Shown in pieces: positions 8,801 to 19,195 of a stretch of 64,000 nt of DNA. The position numbers and the translations under genes are program-made. Positions within the stretch are counted from its first letter, which is position 1; every line of letters starts with the position of its first letter. Origin of the DNA: a virus (Duplodnaviria; Caudoviricetes); the IMG/VR virus record IMGVR_UViG_3300033513_000001, positions 1 through 64,000 of that record. The stretch is one strand, 5' to 3'. Below the pieces are notes generated by a model that did not search any database, was not told the DNA's origin, and worked only from the letters and a program-made list of their open reading frames with translations.

Positions 8801-9606
8801 AATTCAACCCACGCATCGCCATTTGCCGTTTCGCCTATGGTGGTTCAGAGTCCAGCGATGAAGAGAATTGGGTCATTCAGACAACGGCCCACTGTGCCAA
8901 AAACAAGATTTCTCTGACCCATTGTGTCTATGATGACACACCCGCTCCGATGGTGCGGAATCGGGCGGTCAAGGATTGCCTTGAGGCTGGCATTGACCTG
9001 ATGTTCTTTTTGGACAACGATATGTTTCCCGACATAGAGCCGGATAGCAATTTCTTTGACAGCGCGATTCAGTTTTACATAGAAAGGTTCTACAAGGAGC
9101 CAACCGTCATCGCGGCTCCCTATTGCGGCCCGCCGCCGAAGGAGATGGTCTACATCTTCCGATGGCGGGGCTACCAGTCGGACAACCCGAATCCCGACTT
9201 TGACCTGAAAATGTACACGCGGGAAGAAGCGGCAGAACGGCGGGGGCGTGAGGCGGTCGCGGCGCTGCCCACTGGCCTGATGGCTATTGACGCTCGAATC
9301 TTTACGGGATTCGATGTGAAAGACGAGAAGGGCGACACCTACACGGTTGGGCTGCGACCGCCTTACTTCTACTATGAGTACAAGGACGAGTTCCAAACGG
9401 ATAAGGCCAGCACCGAAGATGTGACGTTCTCCCGCGATGTCTCGCTCCTGTATGGGCAATACGGTCTACAAGTCGTGTGGGTGGATTGGGACAGTTGGGC
9501 GGGACACTGGAAGCGCAAACTGGTAAGCAAGCCTGTCAAGATTGACCCCGGTGGGCTGGCTAAGTTGTTCAAAGAGGCTGTTGCGGGGGCACAACGCAAG
9601 GAGTAA
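8797..9606 (+). CDS. GT-A fold glycosyltransferase-like protein
   Basis: VRNRAVKDCL, LMFFLDNDM (DxD), GLMAI and EDVTFSRD motifs. Confidence 0.7.
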   Translation: MKFNPRIAICRFAYGGSESSDEENWVIQTTAHCAKNKISLTHCVYDDTPAPMVRNRAVKDCLEAGIDLMFFLDNDMFPDIEPDSNFFDSAIQFYIERFYKEPTVIAAPYCGPPPKEMVYIFRWRGYQSDNPNPDFDLKMYTREEAAERRGREAVAALPTGLMAIDARIFTGFDVKDEKGDTYTVGLRPPYFYYEYKDEFQTDKASTEDVTFSRDVSLLYGQYGLQVVWVDWDSWAGHWKRKLVSKPVKIDPGGLAKLFKEAVAGAQRKE

Positions 9607-9607
9607 A

Positions 9608-9919
9608 ATGCTAATCAGGGAAGAAACTATCACCGTGACGTGTGCGGGTGCTGCTGGCACATCCGTTGGCTCAATCCCAAGCACCAACTTGATGGGCCTC
9701 TTGATGGCAACTGCTGTGGAGTACACCAGTTGTCCTGCCACGACTGACATCCTCGTGACCGAGATGGCGACGGGCTACACGCTACTGTCCATCCCCAACG
9801 CCGCCACCAACATTGAGTGGAGTACTCTGTTGTGGGTACTCAATGGTACTTACATTCTCAATGTGACGGGCGCGAACAATGGGAGTGTGGTCAAGTTGAG
9901 GCTGAGGTATCAGTGCTAA
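9608..9919 (+). CDS. Small beta-rich probable virion protein
   Basis: ATG 9608; composition rich in T/G/A/V; precedes the fibre-like genes. Confidence 0.5.
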   Translation: MLIREETITVTCAGAAGTSVGSIPSTNLMGLLMATAVEYTSCPATTDILVTEMATGYTLLSIPNAATNIEWSTLLWVLNGTYILNVTGANNGSVVKLRLRYQC

Positions 9920-11448
9920 CACCACTTGGATACGGGCGCATAGGCGGTGGGGCGAAACTGCTCAAGACAGGGCAAACAACCTGTTATATGTTCGGGGACG
10001 ATGGTGACACTGAGAAAGGTGTTGCCAAGTCGTACACCGTCAACAGCACCGGCGCACAGTCAGGGACGACGAACATTGACTCGCCTGGATACGCAGGCAA
10101 CACTATCGCATTTGACGGCGCGGCAGGCACAATCACCGATAGCGCGGCGGGGCTGGCGGTATTCAAGACAGGGGATGTCATTCGGGTGCGGGGGAGTGCG
10201 TCAAATGACAATGTGTTCACCATTGACACGGGTGGAGTAGCTGGAACTATACAAATCAGTAGAGTTGTTCCAAATAGCGGTTTTGAAACAGCCGGTGCAT
10301 TACCTCCTGTTTTCTTGAATTGGGTACAGGCACTCGGAGACGGAACTTTAGTTGATGAGGGAGTTCTGGTACACTCTGGTAGCCACGCCGCTAAAATGAC
10401 TGCGGGGGCAAGTGCTAACACGGCAATGCGTAGTGGTAATATTAGTGTTACCCCAGGATATTCATACACAATTTCTTTTTGGACAAGAGGAGATGGAACT
10501 TATAGCGGCAGATATGGTATAAAAGATGTAACACATTCCACATGGATTATCGCAGACCTTACCCCGACCAACATAACAAATACTGTCTATGCACTGTTTA
10601 CAAATACTTTTACTGCACCCGCAGGATGTATAGCTGTTCAAATATGGTTTGAGTGTCCCTCTACTAATGGCGGTATTGCTTACTTTGATGATGTGTACCT
10701 GACTCTTGTGTCCAATCCTGCCCTTGTTACCGAAGCCGCAGGCGCGTACATCACCATCTGCAAGCGCGAGGCGCACAGTAACAATACCGTGTTCGATGTC
10801 AACACCGGCCTGACGTGGAGCCGCTACGCGAGCGCATCCGTTGGGCCTGCCAGTGACGGCAAGTTGAACTGGTACAATGCCGCGACGTGCTACACACTCC
10901 ATCCCGCAGCCGCAGATGTGGCGATGGTCGTAGGGAATATTCTGCGCGTGGTCGGGTCGGACGAATCGGCGCGATATTATGCGGGGCAACCGCTGGTGTG
11001 CAGTGGGTTCGTGAATGACACACCAAACAACAAACCTGGGCTAGTCGTGGTATCCGTCTCATTCACGGGCGGCAATACTGACATCGTGGTTGACCCAGGC
11101 GAGCAGACGCTCATCGCAGAGGCGGCAGGCGGGAGTCGGGACATCAAGGTGATATGCCAGTCCATCTTCGGCTACGCCGCCGCCGCGAATGCGGCGTCAT
11201 TGGCGGAGTACACGGATTGGAGAGTGCCAGATAGATTTGAATATACCAGTTTGATGTCGCATGGTGTTTGGGGGCCGTGCATAGATACGGTATCGTTTCC
11301 ATCATTTCCAAGTGTAAGTTTATGGTCTACCAACACGCGAATACGCACGGTCACGCAGGCGCTTTCGATAGATTTTAGCGAGAACACTGTTTCTAATGCT
11401 TCTGCAAAAACCGTAACTTTCCAAGTCCTTCTCGTTCGTGGAGGCTGA
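9913..11448 (+). CDS. DUF1566 (Lcl/C-type lectin-like) protein with inserted carbohydrate-binding module
   Basis: KTGQTTCY..GDDG, VFDVNTGLTWSR, AEYTDWRVPD..EY.SL, LWS and terminal VLLVRGG fit DUF1566. NSGFET...HSGSHAAK...YTISFW...YFDDV is a CBM4/9-like insert. Confidence 0.7.
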   Translation: MLTPLGYGRIGGGAKLLKTGQTTCYMFGDDGDTEKGVAKSYTVNSTGAQSGTTNIDSPGYAGNTIAFDGAAGTITDSAAGLAVFKTGDVIRVRGSASNDNVFTIDTGGVAGTIQISRVVPNSGFETAGALPPVFLNWVQALGDGTLVDEGVLVHSGSHAAKMTAGASANTAMRSGNISVTPGYSYTISFWTRGDGTYSGRYGIKDVTHSTWIIADLTPTNITNTVYALFTNTFTAPAGCIAVQIWFECPSTNGGIAYFDDVYLTLVSNPALVTEAAGAYITICKREAHSNNTVFDVNTGLTWSRYASASVGPASDGKLNWYNAATCYTLHPAAADVAMVVGNILRVVGSDESARYYAGQPLVCSGFVNDTPNNKPGLVVVSVSFTGGNTDIVVDPGEQTLIAEAAGGSRDIKVICQSIFGYAAAANAASLAEYTDWRVPDRFEYTSLMSHGVWGPCIDTVSFPSFPSVSLWSTNTRIRTVTQALSIDFSENTVSNASAKTVTFQVLLVRGG

Positions 11449-11451
11449 CCC

Positions 11452-11808
11452 ATGTGTACCCTATCCTCAAAAACTCTAGCCGAACTAACCGCCATGACGA
11501 AGGCGCAACTCATCACCGCCGCATTAGAGGGTGTGACTTACACGACGCTGGCGCAAAAAGAGGACTATCCAGACGGGCAACAAAAGTTGCGCCTGTGGGT
11601 GACGCGAACGGTGTACCCTGATACGTTCGTGTCGAAGCATAAGCACACATGGACGTATTATGATGTTCAACCAGATGGAACACAACCAGTGAATGTGTTT
11701 GTTGAATCGCACTACGATGCAGGTGACATTGAGATAGGACGAAGGAGAATCAAGCACTACCTCGATGGTAGACAGCCGGTTATTATTGAGGACACGATAC
11801 CAATATGA
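11452..11808 (+). CDS. Hypothetical protein
   Basis: ORF with tight spacing between neighbours. Confidence 0.5.
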   Translation: MCTLSSKTLAELTAMTKAQLITAALEGVTYTTLAQKEDYPDGQQKLRLWVTRTVYPDTFVSKHKHTWTYYDVQPDGTQPVNVFVESHYDAGDIEIGRRRIKHYLDGRQPVIIEDTIPI

Positions 11809-13388
11809 GTAAAGACATCATCTTTGGCGCGTTCTACTACGACAACTCTAGCCCGCCTGTAGGCAAGACGGGCCTGACTGTGACCTTCACCGTCTACAGC
11901 CTCAACATCTCGACGCTGGCTGTGGCGACTGTGGCAACCGCGCAGCCTGCAACCACGGTGGGCGGCGGTCTTTACGCTTACAAGGTGTCTGCCGCTGACT
12001 TGCAGACCTATTACTACTACGCCATCGCCAGCACAACCGACACAACCGTTGACGCAAGGGACAAGCCCGCTGTGATGCTGGACTGGGGCGATGTGACGGG
12101 CCAAGGCGGGATTGACCTGACGAACATCAAGCAGGCGACTAACCCGACGACCCTGACAAACATCACTGTGCCGACCACGACCAGCGTGACGAACGATGTC
12201 ACCGTGGCGGCAGCGTCCAAGACGGGCTATGCTCTCTCCTCAACTGGCGGCGACTTGATTCTCAAGACCTCTACCTTTGCGCTGGCAATGGCCGATGCTA
12301 TCTGGGACGAAGTTCTGACGGTTGCTACCCACAACGTCGTCAGTTCTGCGGGCCGCAGGCTGCGTAGTTTGGGAGCTTTCTCAATCGTTGACGGGCAGGT
12401 TGACAGTGCCACCACGCAGACCGTCACGCTTGGTGCAGAGGCGAGTGCGACAGCGCACATCTATGACCAGAACCTCATCGTCATCACGTCTGGCGCGGCG
12501 GCTGGACAGACGCGAATGATTATTGAGTATTCAACTGGCAAGATAGCCGTCGTTGACCGCGACTGGGAAGTTCTGCCCGTTGCCGGAAACACCTATGAGA
12601 TTGTGGCGTTCGCCGGTGTCCTTCTGGCGACTCACGGGACGGCTCAGTCAGGCGCGGCTTCCACAATCACGCTGGCGACTTCTGCCCTGAACATCGCAAA
12701 CTCCTATGTGGGCTGCGGCATCTACATTGCGGCGGGAACGGGCGCAGGGCAGACGCGGCTCATCACGGCCTACACGACGGGGCGCATTGCTACTGTGTCG
12801 CCTGCGTGGGACACACAACCTGACAACACTACCGTCTACAAGGTGATTCCTGTTGGCCGATCTATTGTCGAGACTAGCAACGACAAGACTGGCTATGCTT
12901 TGAGTACAGCGGGTGTGCAAGCCGTCTGGGATAATGTTGTGCGAACACTGACTCAGAGCGCGGCGGCGGTCACGGCGGCTGTTTCTGGTTCTGACATCAC
13001 CATCACTCGCGGCGACACCTTGAGCGCGGCCTTGACGGGGCTAGGCAACATCTCAAGCTACGTCTCGCTTGACTTCACCGTCAAGACAAACAAGGCCGAC
13101 GCGGACAGCGCGGCGATTCTCCGCATTCGCAAGAATCTGAGCGGCACAGGCGATGGGTTGCTGACCATCAATGGCGCAGCGGCAGTGACGGCCAGCAAGG
13201 GCAGCATCACAGTCAACAACGCCACGCTTGGCAACATCACGATTGCTCTGGCGGCTGACCAATCGGCTTTGCTTGAGCCGCACGGCGGGCTGTATTACGA
13301 TGTGCAAATGATTACGGCGACAGCCACCACGACGATGACACAAGCGGAGTGTGATGTGAGCGGCGACGTGACGAGAGCGGTGACGTAA
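11805..13388 (+). CDS. Probable virion fibre/baseplate-type protein with internal ~80-aa repeat and BppU-like C-terminus
   Basis: Repeat 'TVTLGAEASAT..IY...IVITSGAAAGQTRMI..YSTG' / 'TITLATSALNI..SY...IYIAAGTGAGQTRLI..YTTG'. C-terminus ITITRGDT...LDFTVK...LYYDVQM. Confidence 0.55.
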   Translation: MSKDIIFGAFYYDNSSPPVGKTGLTVTFTVYSLNISTLAVATVATAQPATTVGGGLYAYKVSAADLQTYYYYAIASTTDTTVDARDKPAVMLDWGDVTGQGGIDLTNIKQATNPTTLTNITVPTTTSVTNDVTVAAASKTGYALSSTGGDLILKTSTFALAMADAIWDEVLTVATHNVVSSAGRRLRSLGAFSIVDGQVDSATTQTVTLGAEASATAHIYDQNLIVITSGAAAGQTRMIIEYSTGKIAVVDRDWEVLPVAGNTYEIVAFAGVLLATHGTAQSGAASTITLATSALNIANSYVGCGIYIAAGTGAGQTRLITAYTTGRIATVSPAWDTQPDNTTVYKVIPVGRSIVETSNDKTGYALSTAGVQAVWDNVVRTLTQSAAAVTAAVSGSDITITRGDTLSAALTGLGNISSYVSLDFTVKTNKADADSAAILRIRKNLSGTGDGLLTINGAAAVTASKGSITVNNATLGNITIALAADQSALLEPHGGLYYDVQMITATATTTMTQAECDVSGDVTRAVT

Positions 13389-14500
13389 TGAAGCGCAAAC
13401 ACCCAGACAGAATTTTCAGTGGCGACTATAGCGTTGAAATGTGGGACAGCATCAACAACGCGAGAACAAAGAGAGAGTTGCGATGGGCGCTCTATTTTGT
13501 GTGTTGCCGTTTGCAAGAGTTAGAGGCGAAACTGGCTGACCAAAAGGCTCGCAAATCAAAGGGGGCAAAATGAAATCTCTGGGTACTACACCAAACGGAA
13601 GCCGCATTGTCGAATTGACATCGGCTGAGTATGCAATCATCGGGGAGTTGCAAGCTACGCTTGCGGGGAGTACGTTCTCTTTCCATGAGATATACCGCGA
13701 TGTGGCTGACATAGACTGCAATGACGCTTTCAAGGCAGTCTATGAATTTACCAAAGCGCGGTTTGAAGTCAACAAGATGCAAGAACTCTTGGATAATATG
13801 AGGCGCATCGTGGGGGTAGAAAAATGACCAAGAAGATTGAAGTCTCAAAGATTGTTCTAAAGATTGGCGACACCGAGTTGTCGCTGTCGGTGGAACAGGC
13901 GAAGGAACTGCGCGATATTCTAAAGGCGACGTTCGGTGACGAGGAAGTTGTCACTGTGCCATATCCCGTTTACCCAACTTACCCCGTCTACCCAACTTAC
14001 CCCGTCTATCCTGCCGTACCAATGTGGAGCGAGTGGAAAATAACTTGTGGTACATCTGGTAACACTACCCTTCAGACAACTAACAATTCGGGGGCAACGT
14101 GACCAACTCAGAGCGATTCGTTTTCTGGCTGGCAGAGAGGCTCGAGGTCTGGATTATTTCAAGGCAGAGATTTGAGATTTTGCAGGCAGAGCATATTAGT
14201 GTACGGAACGAACTTACATCCGAGCAACAGGCCCACGACGCCACTCGTGACGCGCTCTCACAATCTGAAAAGGAACTTGCCATCGCCAAGAATCACGAGT
14301 CCGAACTCCTCGCCGTCATCAAGACCCAATTCACCAACGCCTCAATGACAGCCCATTCAGGGATGCACGGCAGGGAAACTCAGGCGTGGTGGGGCGGCAT
14401 CGCCTACGCCTGCGCCTTGATGGTCGAGAAGTTGGGCCAAGAAGTGCCAGAAGACACCACGACACTGATTGAGAAATTCAGCCGCATAATGACTGTTTAG
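13388..14500 (+). CDS. Four hypothetical genes (13388-13573, 13570-13827, 13824-14102, 14099-14500)
   Basis: ATGA/GTGA-coupled chain with GGGGGCAA-type RBSs. Confidence 0.6.
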
Positions 14501-14520
14501 GGGGCGCAAGGACACAAGCG

Positions 14521-16176
14521 ATGTCATTCATTGACAGAATAGCGAAAGCAAACTATCCCTCAACCGTCTCGGAACTGGTGCAGATTCCAAACGTGCGTGA
14601 TGTGCCTCAGTCGTGGGCCGCGTGGCTCGGCCCCGGCTATCCCATGCCGCCCGCCATCACCAGCGGCGGCTACCGCGATATGCGTGCCAAGCTGGAACTG
14701 ACCGAGCCAAGAAGCTATCAGTACACGCCCAATGTCAACATCATCATCACGCCGCGCATTGCCTATGGGCTAACCTCATTCTCTCTGTTGGCCTACTACG
14801 CCGAAACCGTCTCGGAGTGCGCCTTAGCCAAGTTCATGCTGACCGAACGGATGAAGGCGCTGCAACCCACTATCTTTGACGAGAACGACGACCCCGTTGA
14901 GAAAGAAGACCTGCAATGGATGACGACCTATCCTGACGCGCACACGTCTTGGGAATCGTGGCTTCCGCCGTTCATCTACAACACGCTGGTCTATGACGCG
15001 GCCTGCATCTATTTTGTCTACGGCGAAGACGGCAAGATTATCGGGATGCGAAACCTTGACGGCTCGACCATCCTGCCGCTGATTGACCAGCGCGGCGAGA
15101 CGCCCAAGCCGCCTGCGCCCGCTTTCACTCAAATCATCTTCGGCCAGCCGTTCACTTGGATGACGGGTGAGCAGATTTGGTACAGGCCACGCGGAAGGCG
15201 AATCAACGCGCCCTACGGCGAAAGCCCGATTGAGAGAGCTATCAAGCCTGTGGAGCTTCTGAGTAGCATCTATGACTTTGAACTTGCTTTCTATCAGGCG
15301 GGAAATATGCCAGAGATGGTCATGGCTGCGCCGCTGAATTGGACGCCTGACCAAGTGCGCCAGTACGAACAGGTGTTCAATGCACAGATGGCGGGTAGCC
15401 CGAATGAGAGACGGCGAATCCGCTTTGTCCCCAACGGATTCACTCAAATCGGCGTCAAGACGCTTGAGTGGCGCAAGGAAGTCTATCAGGCCGCAGCCCG
15501 ACAGGTCTACTATCAGTTCGGCATCCCGCCAGAGGAAATGGGCGAACTCGCCTCGGCAACCCGAATGATGAACATGAAGTTCATCACGACCAAGTTCTTT
15601 CAGAACGGCATCCAGCCCATCAGCGCCCATCTGGAAAGTTTGCTCAACTTCGTCTTGGCCCGCAATGGGCACAAGGGCTACTACGCCAAGATGGTTGTGC
15701 CGTCTACGCAACTTGACCCAGACATGGTAGAGAAGCAATGGACAGGCCGATGGGCAATGGGCCTTGTGCGGCGCGATGAGGCGAGATTGGCGCTTGGGCA
15801 AGACGCGCTTGAGGGCGATGAGGGCAACGCCCTGTTGACGCCCGTCGGTGGAATGCCGCCCACCGAGCACGCCCCGAAGCCGGGCGGCGCACCCACTGGC
15901 GCAAGTCCGGGCGAGGCCGTGCCGGAAGCGGGCGACGAGGATGTGGAGAAGGAGTATCTGGGCGAGTTGTGCCCGTGGTGCGAGCATGACCTTGCAATCC
16001 CGCGAGAGGGGTGGTATGAGTGCGGGAACTGCAACAAGGTGTTCTTTGCCGAAGCGTCCGACAGCGGCATTGTGGATTTTGTCAATCACCCGTTGGGAGA
16101 GGACGGGTACGAGACGCCGCCAGAGTTGGTGAAAGCGGCAAGGGACTTGGGGGCGATTTGGAAAAAGACAGCGTAA
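14521..16176 (+). CDS. Portal protein with C-terminal zinc-ribbon extension
   Basis: YDAACIY, LDGSTI, PYGESPIERA, FYQAGNMPE, YQFGIPPEEMG, NEAR-like DEARLALG; tail CPWC...CGNC. Confidence 0.85.
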   Translation: MSFIDRIAKANYPSTVSELVQIPNVRDVPQSWAAWLGPGYPMPPAITSGGYRDMRAKLELTEPRSYQYTPNVNIIITPRIAYGLTSFSLLAYYAETVSECALAKFMLTERMKALQPTIFDENDDPVEKEDLQWMTTYPDAHTSWESWLPPFIYNTLVYDAACIYFVYGEDGKIIGMRNLDGSTILPLIDQRGETPKPPAPAFTQIIFGQPFTWMTGEQIWYRPRGRRINAPYGESPIERAIKPVELLSSIYDFELAFYQAGNMPEMVMAAPLNWTPDQVRQYEQVFNAQMAGSPNERRRIRFVPNGFTQIGVKTLEWRKEVYQAAARQVYYQFGIPPEEMGELASATRMMNMKFITTKFFQNGIQPISAHLESLLNFVLARNGHKGYYAKMVVPSTQLDPDMVEKQWTGRWAMGLVRRDEARLALGQDALEGDEGNALLTPVGGMPPTEHAPKPGGAPTGASPGEAVPEAGDEDVEKEYLGELCPWCEHDLAIPREGWYECGNCNKVFFAEASDSGIVDFVNHPLGEDGYETPPELVKAARDLGAIWKKTA

Positions 16177-16193
16177 CCAGTGACGCCGCAAGG

Positions 16194-16666
16194 ATGGATG
16201 CTATTCTAGGAGAACTGTGGAATAACTACTCGGTTGCTCCGTCCATGTACATTGTCAAAATTGAGCACAGGCCGGGAGTGGTTGCTTGGCTGGCTAGGCT
16301 GACAAGCCGCATTACTTTCAACAAGATTAACTTCTTGCTGAATAGGGGTTGGCGGGTACGTGACCCATTCTTTGACGTGTTGCTGGATGGCGGGATGATA
16401 AAGACGCGATGAAAAAACACCCATCCCGCAAAGACCAACTCGCAAACTTGTTGCGGGTACATCCATTGCCGTGGTGTGTGGCGGAGAGACGCCTGACAAA
16501 CATCGTGGTTGACATCTTGGACGCGAACGGCGGGACGGTTGCGGCCCTGCACCAGTCATCGCCCAATGCGAATGTGGACACCGTTGTCCGTTTGCTGGTG
16601 GGGGCGTTGAACAAGGAACGGGCGAGGGTTGTGACGGAGGAAATGGAGAAACAGAATGGACTTTAG
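16194..16666 (+). CDS. Two hypothetical genes (16194-16412, 16409-16666)
   Basis: ATGA-coupled ORFs after the portal. Confidence 0.5.
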
Positions 16667-17435
16667 TCACATCGTCTTTGGTCGGAATCCGCTCAAGTAT
16701 GACATGAGGGATTTCCGACTGTCCGACTTTATCACACCAGCGATGCGGAAACGGGCAAAACAGACCACGAGTAGCGATTGGGCGGTTGCCAGAATCTTGA
16801 ATCAAGGTAGCACTCCTCACTGCGTCGGCTTCGCTTGGTGTGGCTTCGGTATCTCGCTTCCTGTCTTTGACGACTGGGACAACTCTCGCGGTGACGAGAT
16901 TTACTACCAAGCCAAAATCTTCGACGGCGAGCCGGGGCAGGAGAACGGTAGCACGACCCGCTCTGGCGTTCAAGCGTTCCAATACTTCGGCCTACTCAGC
17001 AGTTATGCCTTTGCCACTTCACTAGATGACATCGTGACTTGGCTTCTGGTGAACGGCCCTGTCGTCACTGGGACTAACTGGTACAACCAGATGATGTCGC
17101 CCGACTCAACGGGCCTCATCAAAGTCGGCGGTAGCATTGTGGGTGGGCATGAGTGGATGCTGTCGGGCGTTGACACCGTGACGCGCAAACTCAAGGGGAC
17201 AAACTCATGGGGTACTGAGTTCGGCATCAACGGGCAGTTCTTCATCGGGTTTGATGATTACCAGAGACTCCTGAACGAGCAAGGCGATGCGTGTACAGCG
17301 GTAGAGATTGTTGGAACGCCTGTTCCGCCGCCCGTGCCAGCGCCGAGCGGTTGCCTCTCGGTTGCTTCGTTGGGGCTGTTCAGGCTGGCGCACGCGATGA
17401 TGGTGGCGGCGCAGGACTTGGCGAGGAAAGGGTGA
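16656..17435 (+). CDS. Papain-like (C1) cysteine peptidase
   Basis: NQGSTPHCVGFA (Gln/Cys), GGHEW (His) and TNSWG (Asn) catalytic motifs. Confidence 0.85.
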   Translation: MDFSHIVFGRNPLKYDMRDFRLSDFITPAMRKRAKQTTSSDWAVARILNQGSTPHCVGFAWCGFGISLPVFDDWDNSRGDEIYYQAKIFDGEPGQENGSTTRSGVQAFQYFGLLSSYAFATSLDDIVTWLLVNGPVVTGTNWYNQMMSPDSTGLIKVGGSIVGGHEWMLSGVDTVTRKLKGTNSWGTEFGINGQFFIGFDDYQRLLNEQGDACTAVEIVGTPVPPPVPAPSGCLSVASLGLFRLAHAMMVAAQDLARKG

Positions 17436-17598
17436 GGAACTTCATTTTGGGCATTCTGTGGCTGTTTCCGTCATTCCTTCACGAATGGGTTGACAAGTTG
17501 ACGGGGCACGTCATTGTAAGATACGATGCGAATTGCATTGGCAAAGACGCTTCCCGCAAAATTGTTTACTACACCATTGCGCCTTCAAGTGAGTTCAA

Positions 17599-18357
17599 GT
17601 GAAACTGACCAAGACTCGCATTGGCTACATCTTTCCTGACCGCTTGCGCGACAGGTTTGCCAAGCATTGTGGCGTCTGCCATGACGCAGATTTCTATTTT
17701 CACGCTCCCGTTTCCAAAGAGGTCACACTGGTTTGGCCCAAGCACGGCATCAACGAGAGCGAGATAGTTGCAATGTGCCCAGAAGGACGCAGACCTAGAC
17801 CTGCAATCTTCAAGCCAGAGAACGGGGAAGACGAGGGAATCAATCGTTCCATCGGCGGGCATCAGAGCGTCAGGGAAGAAGCGGCATTTCTGATTGACAG
17901 GGCATTGGGCTACTATCTTGTGCCAGTGTCCTATGTGACGGAAGTAAACGGCGAGAGGGGCGCAGCCATCCACTACGTTCCTGTGACCAAGCGCAAGCCT
18001 GTCTCGGCCTATTCGCCAGAGTGGATTGAAAAGTCGGCTATTCTGGACTACATTATCGGACAAATTGACAGGCGCAACCACAATTGGATGACATCGCCCA
18101 TCCTTGCTATAAAGCCTGTCCTTTACGACAACGGCTATGCCCTGCCCGTCACGGGCGACCACCACATTCACTCTGCCTTTGTGGACGCGCAAGTGGGCAA
18201 GCCGCTGACAGACACGGGGAACTTGGAACGGGTCTTGAGGGATTCCGTTCTGTGGAATGACGTTAGACGCTTGGTTGGAACAAGCGCGACGGAATTGGCG
18301 CAAGATAGGACAAATGCGCTGCTAGAGCGGGCAGGGATTCCCGCAGAAGGGGGTTAG
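17599..18357 (+). CDS. PI3/PI4-kinase-like (HipA/CtkA-type) kinase
   Basis: AIFKP (ATP Lys), REEAAFLIDRALG..LVP, LDYIIGQIDRRNHN and LYDNG motifs. Confidence 0.7.
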   Translation: MKLTKTRIGYIFPDRLRDRFAKHCGVCHDADFYFHAPVSKEVTLVWPKHGINESEIVAMCPEGRRPRPAIFKPENGEDEGINRSIGGHQSVREEAAFLIDRALGYYLVPVSYVTEVNGERGAAIHYVPVTKRKPVSAYSPEWIEKSAILDYIIGQIDRRNHNWMTSPILAIKPVLYDNGYALPVTGDHHIHSAFVDAQVGKPLTDTGNLERVLRDSVLWNDVRRLVGTSATELAQDRTNALLERAGIPAEGG

Positions 18358-18358
18358 A

Positions 18359-19171
18359 ATGTTGTCACTCAAAGAATGCCACGAAAAGTGCTTGTACCCA
18401 TGCGTCAGGATTAGGACTCCGAAGGCGCTTGGTAGTGGCACGGTCATTCACACCGAGCCGACTCAGGGCGAAGATGAGATGTTTGACACCTACATTCTGA
18501 CGAATGAGCACGTGGTAGACAATCTCATCTCGGTGCAGGAGAGGTGGAGTACGCTCTTGCAGAAGATGACGAAAGTAGACACATTGGGTCATCCCGATGT
18601 GGAGGTATTCAGTTTCGCCTATCAGACCCGTGTACAAGGAGCATCGTCCTTGCAGGCCGACATCATGGCCTATGACAAAGACGAGGACATGGCCCTGTTG
18701 CGGGTGCGCTCAGGGATGCAGTTCAAGCACGTCGCTCAGTTCTACCCGGAGGCCGATGTCAACAAACTGGTCGCCTTCATGCCCGTGTGGAATGTCGGCT
18801 GTGGCTTGGGTGGGCCACCCGCTATAACGCCCGGATACCTGTCGGCATTCGGAATTGACATTGAACACAAGGACTTCGCGCTTGTGACCGCTCCAGTCAT
18901 TTTTGGAAATTCCGGGGGGGCAACCTTCCTGCAAGAGACCGGGCAGTACATTGGCATCCCCGCAAGAGTTTCGGTCACATCTCTCGGTTGGTCTGCTGAC
19001 GTGGTGACGCATCTGGGCTTCTCCATCACCATCGCCCGCATCTACCAGTTCTTGCGCGATCAGGTCTTTGATTTCATCATTGACCCAAGCAAGACTTCGG
19101 TGCAATGCGAGGCCGAGCGCAAGGACAAGCGGGAGAGTGATATGTTCCAGAGGAAGGTGGAGGACAAGTAA
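18359..19171 (+). CDS. Trypsin-like serine protease
   Basis: LGSGTVI, ILTNEHVV (His), DMALL (Asp), GNSGG (Ser). Confidence 0.9.
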   Translation: MLSLKECHEKCLYPCVRIRTPKALGSGTVIHTEPTQGEDEMFDTYILTNEHVVDNLISVQERWSTLLQKMTKVDTLGHPDVEVFSFAYQTRVQGASSLQADIMAYDKDEDMALLRVRSGMQFKHVAQFYPEADVNKLVAFMPVWNVGCGLGGPPAITPGYLSAFGIDIEHKDFALVTAPVIFGNSGGATFLQETGQYIGIPARVSVTSLGWSADVVTHLGFSITIARIYQFLRDQVFDFIIDPSKTSVQCEAERKDKRESDMFQRKVEDK

Positions 19172-19195
19172 TGAACAGACGGGGGGCAATTCCAG

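Noticed and set aside
13964-14015. PYPVYPTYPVYPTYPVYP coding repeat
   Set aside because: Short in-frame 18-nt duplication in a low-complexity linker; common in small phage proteins.
14824-16191. Long antisense ORFs opposite the portal and others (e.g. 8845-9459, 17569-18303, 30442-31347, 42793-43620)
   Set aside because: Shadow frames of GC-rich coding genes, with no motifs or RBS.
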